NCBI GenBank assembly: GCA_934096605.1
Contig: CAKOMI010000001.1
Location: forward strand, 11,776-75,775
Reading direction: 5' to 3'
Origin: an uncultured Bacilli bacterium
GTDB lineage: Bacteria > Bacillota_I > Bacilli_A > RF39 > UBA660
DNA: 64,000 nucleotides
Made by a program: the position numbers and the translations under genes. Under the pieces are notes generated by a model. That model ran no database searches, had not been told where the DNA came from, and saw only the letters and a program-made list of their open reading frames with translations. Below are positions 21,205-29,506 of this stretch, piece by piece (position 1 is the stretch's first letter; each line of letters starts with the position of its first letter).

Positions 21205-21765
21205 ATGAATATTAATATTAATGATATTAAAAATGGTATGACAATTATTATTGATGGTAATTTATGTCAAATCGTTGAGTTTCAACATGTAAAACCTGGT
21301 AAAGGTAGTGCATTTGTTAGAATGAAACTTAAAAATTTAAGAACAGGCGCTATTGTTGAAAATTCTTATAATACAAATATTAAGATTGAAAGAGCTAGAG
21401 TTGAACATAATCCAATGCAATTTTTATATGCAGATGACGATAATTATGTGTTTATGAACACAGAGACATATGATCAAGTTGAGGTTCCAGTTAGTAAGTT
21501 AGAATATGAAAAGAAATTTATTAAAGAGGGAATGGAAATTAAACTAGATTATTATGAAGGTGAATTATTAGGGGTTACTTTACCTGAAAAAGTTGAATAT
21601 GAAATTATTGAAACTGAACCAGCTGTTAAAGGAAATACTACTAATAATGCAATGAAAGATGCGACTATCGAAACTGGTTATGTTGTAAAAGTACCTTTAT
21701 TTATTGGTCAAGGAGAAAGAATTATTATTTCCACTGGTGATGGAAAATATTCTAGTAGAGCTTAA
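21205..21765 (+). CDS. efp: elongation factor P
   Basis: It is 186 aa and carries the KPGKG motif with the conserved Lys loop (VKPGKGSAFVRMKLKN). Confidence 0.9.
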   Translation: MNININDIKNGMTIIIDGNLCQIVEFQHVKPGKGSAFVRMKLKNLRTGAIVENSYNTNIKIERARVEHNPMQFLYADDDNYVFMNTETYDQVEVPVSKLEYEKKFIKEGMEIKLDYYEGELLGVTLPEKVEYEIIETEPAVKGNTTNNAMKDATIETGYVVKVPLFIGQGERIIISTGDGKYSSRA

Positions 21766-21778
21766 GCTCTTTTTTTTC
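21757..21778 (+). terminator. rho-independent terminator after efp
   Basis: The palindrome AGAGCTTAAGCTCT is followed by a T8 run. Confidence 0.6.
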
Positions 21779-21807
21779 TATATAATTTAATGGGTTAGGT
21801 GGTTTTG

Positions 21808-23445
21808 ATGAAAGAAAAATTAAATAAACATTATGTAATGGTGATAGGGATATTATTAGTGTCATTGTTATTTTGTATACCATTATTTATTAATCCTTAT
21901 CATGTTAATAACGATACACTTTTTCATGTTAGTAATGTAAGTGTTATAGTAGAGGCTATAAAAACTAATTTTTTAAATGGTATTATTATGCGAATTATGC
22001 CTAATATAGCTAATAACTTTGGTTATGGGACAAGGCTTTTTTATCCGCCTTTAACACATACATTGACGGCGTATTTAGCATATGGATTAAGCTTTTTTAA
22101 TGTATCAGTAATAGACACGATGAAAGTTATGCATTTGTTAGTTTTATTTTTAAGCGGTTTAAGTATGTATTTTTGTGCGTATAGATTTTCACATAATAAA
22201 TTACTTAGTTTTATATCTTCTTTGATTTATATGGGTAGTAGTTATCATATTGATGAAATATATGTAAGAGATAGTGAAGCAGAAGCTTTATTGTTTGTAT
22301 TCTTGCCACTTATAATCACGGCGGTTAAAGAACTACTAGAAGGCAATAAAAAACTATTTTATCCTTTATTTATAATTGGGTATGTTGGTGGTATACTATC
22401 ACATTTTACAATGATGATATATTTTACTTTAATACTAGGCGCTTGTATGTTGTTCTTTTATAAAAAAGTGTTTAGAAAAGAATTTTTAATACCATTTATT
22501 AAAGCATCGATTTTAGTTTTATTGTTAACTTTATTTTTCTTTGAACCTTTATTTGAACATAAGCTATTTGGTAATTACCGAGTTTATCAAAAATGGGTTA
22601 TGTCTTTAGGGATTCAACATACGGCTCTTTGGGGATTTGAATATTTCATTCCTTTTGATAAAAGTGAAATATATTTTTATTTAAGTATAATAACAATTGT
22701 TTTGTTAGTAGCATTCTTTAAATATTATCGTAAGGATTTGAAAGATGAAAAAGTTAAATTAGTATTCATTTTTACATGCTTTAGTTTATGGCTTTCAACG
22801 GTATATTTTCCCTGGATTATTATGCCTTATACAATGTTTATGATTCAATTTGGGTGGCGTCTTGTGGCCTTAGTTATTTTAGGGGTATCTTTTATAGCAC
22901 CTATGGCTTTAAAGGAATCTAAAAGTAAGATTATTTACGGAGTAGTTATTTTAGGTCTTATTATATCTGGTTTTACGGCAATTCATTTTGCTAGTGATGA
23001 TATAGTGGATATTAATTCTTTAAATTATGTTTACGGTATGGGCTGGCAAAGAGAGTATTTGCCTGTTGATATGGAAACTAATTTAGATTATTACAATAAT
23101 AGAGGACAAGACGTAGTGGTAACAGAAGGAAAAGGTAGCGTTGAAACTACTTTAAATAATGTACCTGATTTAGAGTTTAAAGTTACTAGTGATGATAGTG
23201 TAACGATTGAAATGCCAAGAATATTTTACTTTGGTTATGAGTTAACTCGTGAAGATGGAGAAGTAATACCTTTGTTTTCCAATGGCAATGGCTTTTTAGC
23301 TAGTCACGTTACAAGTGGTAGTTATAAATTAAAATATAAGGGTACCATTACATACAGAATATGTATATATATTTCACTTACAACATTAGGGGTATTACTT
23401 CTTTATGTATTAGTTAAAGTAATTAAGATAAAAATTTTAAAATAA
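21808..23445 (+). CDS. large polytopic membrane protein, possible glycosyltransferase or YfhO-like
   Basis: It has at least 10 TM helices and a C-terminal extracytoplasmic domain. An ATG at 21808 follows a GGTGG RBS. Function is not resolved. Confidence 0.4.
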   Translation: MKEKLNKHYVMVIGILLVSLLFCIPLFINPYHVNNDTLFHVSNVSVIVEAIKTNFLNGIIMRIMPNIANNFGYGTRLFYPPLTHTLTAYLAYGLSFFNVSVIDTMKVMHLLVLFLSGLSMYFCAYRFSHNKLLSFISSLIYMGSSYHIDEIYVRDSEAEALLFVFLPLIITAVKELLEGNKKLFYPLFIIGYVGGILSHFTMMIYFTLILGACMLFFYKKVFRKEFLIPFIKASILVLLLTLFFFEPLFEHKLFGNYRVYQKWVMSLGIQHTALWGFEYFIPFDKSEIYFYLSIITIVLLVAFFKYYRKDLKDEKVKLVFIFTCFSLWLSTVYFPWIIMPYTMFMIQFGWRLVALVILGVSFIAPMALKESKSKIIYGVVILGLIISGFTAIHFASDDIVDINSLNYVYGMGWQREYLPVDMETNLDYYNNRGQDVVVTEGKGSVETTLNNVPDLEFKVTSDDSVTIEMPRIFYFGYELTREDGEVIPLFSNGNGFLASHVTSGSYKLKYKGTITYRICIYISLTTLGVLLLYVLVKVIKIKILK

Positions 23446-23447
23446 TG

Positions 23448-23475
23448 TCAACTTTCATGTAAAGTTGATTTTTTT
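23448..23475 (+). terminator. rho-independent terminator
   Basis: The hairpin TCAACTTTcatgtAAAGTTGA is followed by T7. Confidence 0.55.
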
Positions 23476-23568
23476 ATGTTTATATATTGGACTAAAACTT
23501 TACAAAAAGGGAAAAAAAAGATAAGATAATTATGGAAAGTGGTAGATTGTGGGAGAAAGTGGTGATTT

Positions 23569-24031
23569 TATGTTCATGGGGGAATATCATCATAATCTTG
23601 ATGAAAAGGGTCGTGTTGTTATACCTTCTAAGTTTAGGGGTCTATTAGGTACAGACTTTATTATTACAAAGGGTATTGAAAAGTGCTTGTATGTTTATAG
23701 TGCAGAGGCTTGGCAAGAAATTGTTAATAAGTTAAAGACACTCCCATTTACTAAGAAAGATGCAAGGGCTATTATGCGAAGCTTTTTTGCTAGTGCCACT
23801 TTAGGTGTAACGGACAAACAAGGCAGAGTTATGCTTAGTAGTCCACTTATTAGTTATGCTAATTTATCTTTGGCATGTGTTGTTATAGGTGTTAATGATC
23901 ACGTAGAAATATGGAACTTAGAAGATTACACTAAAATGATGAACGAAACAGAAGAACATTTAGAGGATATCGCTGAAAATATGCTAGAAATAGGAGGGTC
24001 TTATGAAACATTACACAGTTTTGAAGAATGA
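23569..24031 (+). CDS. mraZ: transcriptional regulator MraZ
   Basis: The N-terminus MFMGEYHHNLDEKGRVVIPSKFR is the MraZ signature. It heads the dcw cluster. The ORF track starts at 23549. Confidence 0.9.
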
Positions 24032-24923
24032 GTCAATTGAAGGGCTTAATATACATGCTGATAGCGTTATTGTGGATGGGACACTTGGTTATGCGGGTGA
24101 TTCTAGTGCGATATTAAAAAGAATAAATGAGGGGTTCTTATTCGCCTTTGATCGTGATAATGATGCAATTCTTTATTCTAAAGAAGTATTAGAAAAAATA
24201 GGCTCTAACTTTGAAATAATTCATTCATCTTTTTCTAAAATACCAGAGGTTTTAAAAGAAAAAGGAATAACACATGTTGATGGATTTTTGTTTGACTTAG
24301 GTGTTAGTTCACCCCAGTTAGATGAAAATAGAGGCTTTTCTTTTATGCGTGATGAAAGACTTGATATGCGCATGGATAAAGATGCACTACTAAGTGCTTA
24401 TGAGGTAGTAAATAACTATTCTTATGAAAAATTAAAAAATATATTTTATCGTTATGGGGAAGAAAAGAAAAGTGCTTTTATTGCTAAAGAAATAGTAAAG
24501 ACAAGAGATAATGAAAGTATTAAAACAACGATGGAGTTATGTGAAATTATTAAAAAAGCTGTTGGGGCTAATTACTATTATAAGAATCACCCAGAAAGAC
24601 AAATATTTCAAGCTATTAGAATAGAGGTAAATGCTGAATTAAAAGAAATAGAAACAGTTTTACCAGAATGTATTAAGATGCTTGATAAAGGGGGAAGAAT
24701 AGTTGTTGTTACTTTTCATTCTTTAGAAGATAGGATTGTTAAACAAATATTTAAAAAATATAGTGAAGTTGATGAAATGGTTAAGGGAATCCCAGAAATA
24801 CCTCTTGAGTATAAACCACTTATTAAACTTGTGAATAGAAAACCAATTTTGCCAAGTGAAGAAGAATTAAAGGAAAATTCGCGTAGCGCTAGTGCTAAAT
24901 TAAGAATTGTAGAAAGGATATAA
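24003..24923 (+). CDS. rsmH: 16S rRNA (cytosine1402-N4)-methyltransferase RsmH
   Basis: It has the SAM-binding motif DGTLGYAGDS and the typical length and position after mraZ. Confidence 0.9.
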   Translation: MKHYTVLKNESIEGLNIHADSVIVDGTLGYAGDSSAILKRINEGFLFAFDRDNDAILYSKEVLEKIGSNFEIIHSSFSKIPEVLKEKGITHVDGFLFDLGVSSPQLDENRGFSFMRDERLDMRMDKDALLSAYEVVNNYSYEKLKNIFYRYGEEKKSAFIAKEIVKTRDNESIKTTMELCEIIKKAVGANYYYKNHPERQIFQAIRIEVNAELKEIETVLPECIKMLDKGGRIVVVTFHSLEDRIVKQIFKKYSEVDEMVKGIPEIPLEYKPLIKLVNRKPILPSEEELKENSRSASAKLRIVERI

Positions 24924-24926
24924 CAT

Positions 24927-25220
24927 ATGAAAAAAAGAAATAAAAGAGTAAAAATATTAAAAGGTGAAAAGATGATCTATACATTAATATTACTTGCTGT
25001 TATATCTTTTCCAATGGCAACAGTTTTTACGAAAGCTAAGTTATCAGAAACTAATATTGCTCTAGAACAAATTAAAAGTAAAGTAAGTACCCAAGAAGGT
25101 ATTAATGAATCATTAAGTATGCAAGTAGATGAACTTGCTAGTCTTGATAAAATTGAATCAGTTGCAACAGAGAAAGGATTGTCTTATAATAATAACAATA
25201 TTAAAAATATAAACGAATAA
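24927..25220 (+). CDS. ftsL: cell division protein FtsL-like
   Basis: It is a 97-aa bitopic protein with a coiled-coil, sitting between rsmH and the PBP gene. Confidence 0.65.
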   Translation: MKKRNKRVKILKGEKMIYTLILLAVISFPMATVFTKAKLSETNIALEQIKSKVSTQEGINESLSMQVDELASLDKIESVATEKGLSYNNNNIKNINE

Positions 25221-25233
25221 TTTAGGAGAGAGT

Positions 25234-27375
25234 ATGAAAAAAATGAACCCAAAAAACAGGAAAATTAAACTTAATGTAAAACTTACAATGCTTGTTGTTG
25301 GGTTCTTTTTCTGTCTAATAATAATTAAACTATGTTATGTTGTGCTATCACCAAGTGTGGATGGTATTGATTTAACAAGTTTTGCAAATAATAGGAATAC
25401 GACACATGAAACGCTTTATGCTTCAAGAGGTATTATCTATGATAAAGATGGAAAACCACTGGCTAAGAATGCTAATTCATATAAAGTGGTGGCTATTTTA
25501 TCACCTTCTAGGACAACGGATATGGCAAATCCCCAGCATGTCGTTGATAAGGATAAAACAGCAACTAGCTTATGTGGAGTCCTTGCAAGTGATGAGAATA
25601 AAGCAAAATGTATAGAAGATATAACTAAATATTTAAATCAGAATTTATATCAAGTTGAACTTGGTAATTGGGGTAAGATAAGTGAAGATGAAAGACAAGC
25701 GATTTTGGCGTTAGATTTGCCGGGAATTATATTTGAAACGTTAGCTAAGAAAAGACAATATATTAATTCTTCTTGGGCGTCATATATTTTGGGTTATGCA
25801 AGAGTAAATGATGAAGACGAAATAAAAGGGGAGATGGGAATCGAATCTTATTTTGATGAACAACTTTCTGGTAGTAATGGTTATGTAGAGTATCAAAAAG
25901 ATGCATATGGCTATAAAATGGCTACTTCTAGTGAAATTAGGGAAGATGCGGTAAGCGGTAGTGACATTTATTTATCTATTAATAGTGATGTACAAAACAT
26001 TTTAGAAAATGCCGTGACTAATTTTACAAAGGATGAGAGTCAAGCTTGGACTATTTTTACAGTAATGGATGCGAAAACTGGGGCCATAGTGGGGAGCGCT
26101 ACAAACCCTAATTTTAATCCAAATACATTAGATAATTTAACAAGTTATTTAAATCCACTAGTAGCTTATCAATATGAACCTGGTAGTACAATGAAGATAT
26201 TCTCTTGGCTAGCAGCGATGGAAAATGGTGTTTATAATGGCAAAGAAGATTATTTATCTGGTACTATAACGCTTCAAGATGGACAAACCAAAATAAAAGA
26301 CTTCAACAATGTTGGATGGGGTAACATTTCTTATGATACTGGTTTTGCATATTCATCTAATGTCGCGGCTACTAATTTGGCTTTAAAACTTGGATCGGCA
26401 AAACTAAGCGATTTTTATGATTTATGTGGCTTTGGTAAGAAAACAGGTATAACTTTACCAGGTGAAGCAAGTGGTAGTATTGATTTTACTTATGAATCAG
26501 AACTTGCTAATGCTTCTTTTGGACAAGGTATAAGTGTTACACCAATTCAACTTTTACAAGCAATGAGTGCTTTTGCTAATGATGGGGTGATGGTAAAACC
26601 TTATATAGTTTCTAAAATGGTTGATGCTAGTGGTAAAGTAGTGATGGAAGGCAAAAGAACTGAGGTAGGAACAATTGGCTCGAAAGAAAATATTGAAGCA
26701 ATGAAAAGTCTTATGTATAACGTAGTATATAATAGTTTTCTTTATAACAAAAATTATGCTCCTAGTAATGTTACTATTGCTGGAAAAACTGGAACAGCCC
26801 AAATAGCAAGTCCTAGTGGTGGTTATTTAACTGGGTCTACTGATTATATTAAATCTTTTTTAGGTTTATTTCCTTATGAAAATCCTCAATATGTATTTTA
26901 TTTTGCTACTAAACAATTTAAAGGTAATTCTAATAAAATATATAGTGTAGTAAGTAACACGATTAAGGACGTGGCTAATATAGTCGAGGTTACTAATGAA
27001 GAGAGTTCAGTTGATAAAACAATGATTATTGATTTAGCACAGTATATTTCTAAAGAAACAACTGTGACGGTAGAAGAACTAAAAAAAATAGGTTTAACAC
27101 CAATAGTAATAGGAAATGGTAAATATGTTACAAATCAATATCCTTTAAATAAGGCTAGGGTAATAAAGGGTTCAAAAGTATTTATTAAGACAAATGATGA
27201 CGTGGTAACAATGCCTAATATGACTGGTTGGAGTGAAAATGAAGTTATAAGATATTGTAATTTTGTAGGTCTTAGTTATAAATTAGAAGGCTATGGCAAA
27301 GTAGTGAGTCAAAGTATAAAAGTAAATACAATAGTAGATAAAAGCATGACTTTAGAAATTAATTTGACTGTTTAA
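25234..27375 (+). CDS. pbpB: penicillin-binding protein 2B (FtsI-type transpeptidase with two C-terminal PASTA domains)
   Basis: It has an N-terminal TM helix and the transpeptidase motifs STMK, SSN and KTGTA. Two PASTA repeats are present. Confidence 0.9.
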   Translation: MKKMNPKNRKIKLNVKLTMLVVGFFFCLIIIKLCYVVLSPSVDGIDLTSFANNRNTTHETLYASRGIIYDKDGKPLAKNANSYKVVAILSPSRTTDMANPQHVVDKDKTATSLCGVLASDENKAKCIEDITKYLNQNLYQVELGNWGKISEDERQAILALDLPGIIFETLAKKRQYINSSWASYILGYARVNDEDEIKGEMGIESYFDEQLSGSNGYVEYQKDAYGYKMATSSEIREDAVSGSDIYLSINSDVQNILENAVTNFTKDESQAWTIFTVMDAKTGAIVGSATNPNFNPNTLDNLTSYLNPLVAYQYEPGSTMKIFSWLAAMENGVYNGKEDYLSGTITLQDGQTKIKDFNNVGWGNISYDTGFAYSSNVAATNLALKLGSAKLSDFYDLCGFGKKTGITLPGEASGSIDFTYESELANASFGQGISVTPIQLLQAMSAFANDGVMVKPYIVSKMVDASGKVVMEGKRTEVGTIGSKENIEAMKSLMYNVVYNSFLYNKNYAPSNVTIAGKTGTAQIASPSGGYLTGSTDYIKSFLGLFPYENPQYVFYFATKQFKGNSNKIYSVVSNTIKDVANIVEVTNEESSVDKTMIIDLAQYISKETTVTVEELKKIGLTPIVIGNGKYVTNQYPLNKARVIKGSKVFIKTNDDVVTMPNMTGWSENEVIRYCNFVGLSYKLEGYGKVVSQSIKVNTIVDKSMTLEINLTV

Positions 27376-27413
27376 AAAACAAACATTTTAGATATAGTAT
27401 GTTTGTTTTTTTC
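27375..27413 (+). terminator. rho-independent terminator after the PBP gene
   Basis: AAAAAACAAACAT pairs with ATGTTTGTTTTTT and a T-run follows. Confidence 0.6.
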
Positions 27414-27416
27414 TTA

Positions 27417-27731
27417 TTATACTAAATTAAAATAGTAAACGTCCTGGATATTGTCATTTTCTTTATTACAAGTAGTAAGGATTAATCTTTTTTCATTACG
27501 ACTTATGATACTTAAATTTCCATTTTTAGTTATATGATCTATTTTTATTAACTTATAATTATAGATATTTTTATTATAGTAAATAGTAGCTTTATCTTTT
27601 AAATATAGCTTATCTAAATTTTTAAAAAAGAAAACATTACTAGTACCAGAATGACTGGCTAAGATAAAGCCATAGTTATTATTTGGAGTACATTCTTTAG
27701 AAATAACGGTGACTAGGCGATTTTCTTTTTT
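27417..27731 (-). pseudogene. sortase-like C-terminal remnant (about 104 codons, no start codon)
   Basis: The minus-strand frame is open from a TAA stop. It encodes ...ILASHSG...YNYKLIKIDHITKNGNLSIISRNEKRLILTTCNKEND..., matching the sortase His and TLxTC active-site region. It has no N-terminal TM or His region and no ATG/GTG/TTG start. A T8 tract sits at its 5' edge. Confidence 0.35.
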
Positions 27732-27858
27732 TTAAGATAAATTTTTTAAAAAAATGTATATAGTAAGTATTTTATTTGTTTTTTGTTTATGCTAAAATTA
27801 AAGTATATTAAAGTAGAAAAGGAGGATGGTTAGCACAAGAATGTGTTAATTAAAGATT

Positions 27859-27897
27859 ATGAGATTAATTAAAAATAGGTTGGGGGGGGGGTTCTAG
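27859..27897 (+). CDS. upstream uORF MRLIKNRLGGGF* terminating just after the G10 tract
   Basis: The ATG at 27859 reads through the G-run as GGG x3 and stops at TAG 27895-97. With G9 it would fuse to the main ORF. Confidence 0.4.
   Translation: MRLIKNRLGGGF
27882..27891 (+). repeat. G10 homopolymer, a putative slipped-strand phase-variation tract
   Basis: Ten consecutive G residues in a genome of roughly 28% GC. They lie between the upstream ATG and the paralog B ORF. Confidence 0.85.
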
Positions 27898-27967
27898 TAA
27901 TAAGGATAAGATAGAACTTCAGGTATTTAGAGAACCTAATAAAAAAAGAAAAATTATATTAATAACT

Positions 27968-29287
27968 GTGTTATTTAGTATGTTAGCATTATCTTGTATG
28001 TACTTATATAAAACATATGCGGTGTTTACAGAAGAGAAACACTTTAATGTAATCAATGGAACTGTTCAAGATCCAGGAGATATTTATTTTGCATATTATG
28101 TAGATAATACAATAACAAGGGAAATGCCTAAGAAAGGAACAGGCTATACATTAGATATCGAAAAAAGCAATTGTACAAATGGAGTAACAGTAGGTTGGAA
28201 TCAAGATAAGTGGACAGCTCTAGTTAACTATGAAAACTATAATGCCACTGATTATACAAGAACAAAATGTAATTTGTATTTTAAACAAGTAACATATTGC
28301 GATTTGCATTCCGAGACAATGGCTTGTCAAATAACAAAGTTGGCAACAACAGAAACTACAAGCTTAGCCATAGATGACTATGGCAATACAAGATATATAG
28401 GAGCAGATCCAAACAACTATGTAAGCGTAGATGGTGATATATGGCGTATCATCGGTGTTATGAAGGACATAGATGATGGTACAGGTAATAAAAGTGACAG
28501 GGTAAAATTAATAAGAGCTGATTCAATAGGTGATTATTCATGGGACACAAGTGAAAGTTCTGTAAACGAAGGATATGGAGTAAACGAATGGAGCCAAGCA
28601 GATTTAATGAAATTATTAAATCCTGGCTATGAAAGCGTGACAGTAGGTGGCTCATTATACTGGAATAATGGAACAGGCACATGCTATAATAACAGAGCTA
28701 ATGTAGCTGCTAGTTGTAATTTCACAAGTATGGGTATCAGAGAAAAATTAAAAACACTAATAAGTGATGTCGTATGGAACACAGGCAGTCAAGGAACAAA
28801 TAATTATCAAAGCACTGGTGGAGGATTAGTAAAACATTTCTATACCTATGAAAGAGGTAATAATACTGGCAAAATTTGTTCAAGCGGCAACTATTGCAAT
28901 GACTTTGTGACAAGAACAACGACATGGACAGGAAAAGTTGGCTTAATGTATCCAAGCGACTATGGCTATGCCACAAGTGGAGAAAGTATAACAAACCGAG
29001 CAACATGTCTGAATACATATTTAAATAACTGGGGTAGCAGTAGTGTAAGTGACTGCAAAAATGGTGATTGGCTATTTAATAGTAGCAGTTCCCAATGGAC
29101 ATTATCGTCAGGTGCTTACTCTTCTGTTGCTGACTTTGTGTTCTTTGTGCATAGTAGTGGAATTATCAATTTTGATTATGCATATGACACTAATGCAGTT
29201 CGTCCTGTTGTTTACCTTTTGTCATCAGTAAAAATAGTATCGGGTGATGGTTCTTCTTCAAATCCATATGTCTTATCTGGCAGCTAG
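27968..29287 (+). CDS. surface protein paralog B with the conserved C-terminal domain; the 5' end may extend to ATG 27859 after a -1 G slip
   Basis: The ORF-track ORF opens at GTG 27968. Upstream in frame, and free of stops back to TAA 27866, lies ...GGSSNKDKIELQVFREPNKKRKIILITV. The C-terminal 320 aa are homologous to the other three paralogs (WRIIGVMKDIDDGTGNKSDRVKLIR, GVNEWSQADLMKLLNPGYE, ICSSGNYCND, TWTGKVGLMYPSDYGYA, VRPVVYL...SGDGSSSNPY). Confidence 0.8.
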   Translation: MLFSMLALSCMYLYKTYAVFTEEKHFNVINGTVQDPGDIYFAYYVDNTITREMPKKGTGYTLDIEKSNCTNGVTVGWNQDKWTALVNYENYNATDYTRTKCNLYFKQVTYCDLHSETMACQITKLATTETTSLAIDDYGNTRYIGADPNNYVSVDGDIWRIIGVMKDIDDGTGNKSDRVKLIRADSIGDYSWDTSESSVNEGYGVNEWSQADLMKLLNPGYESVTVGGSLYWNNGTGTCYNNRANVAASCNFTSMGIREKLKTLISDVVWNTGSQGTNNYQSTGGGLVKHFYTYERGNNTGKICSSGNYCNDFVTRTTTWTGKVGLMYPSDYGYATSGESITNRATCLNTYLNNWGSSSVSDCKNGDWLFNSSSSQWTLSSGAYSSVADFVFFVHSSGIINFDYAYDTNAVRPVVYLLSSVKIVSGDGSSSNPYVLSGS

Positions 29288-29397
29288 TTAAAAAAATAAA
29301 TACATATTTTATTGTTTTAAAAGTTATGTTAAAATACGAAATATAAATAAAGTAGAAAAGGAGGATAGTTAGCACGTGAATGTGTTAATTAAAGATT

Positions 29398-29436
29398 ATG
29401 AGATTAATTAAAAATAGGTTGGGGGGGGGGTTCTAA
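29398..29436 (+). CDS. upstream uORF MRLIKNRLGGGF* (second copy)
   Basis: The ATG at 29398 reads through the G10 tract and stops at TAA 29434-36. Confidence 0.4.
   Translation: MRLIKNRLGGGF
29421..29430 (+). repeat. G10 homopolymer, second putative phase-variation tract
   Basis: Ten consecutive G residues, in the same context as 27882-27891. Confidence 0.85.
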
Positions 29437-29506
29437 TAATAGAGGCGAGATAGAACTTCAGGCTTTTAGAGAACCTAATAAAAAAAGAAAAATTATATTA
29501 GCAACT

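Larger units (their letters stand above)
27811..28075 (+). repeat. leader and 5'-coding cassette, copy 1 (about 88% identical to 29349-29614)
   Basis: Copy 2 carries the same mini-ORF, uORF, G10 tract, in-frame NKKRK and TM-coding stretch. Confidence 0.8.

Noticed and set aside
27826-27849. The mini-ORF MVSTRMC* directly after the GGAGG box of copy 1, as a conserved leader peptide
   Set aside because: It is not conserved in copy 2, which has ATA in place of the ATG. A GGAGG-to-ATG spacing of 0 is non-functional. The GGAGG box more likely belongs to the conserved leader RNA. It is noted only as part of the phase-variation finding.
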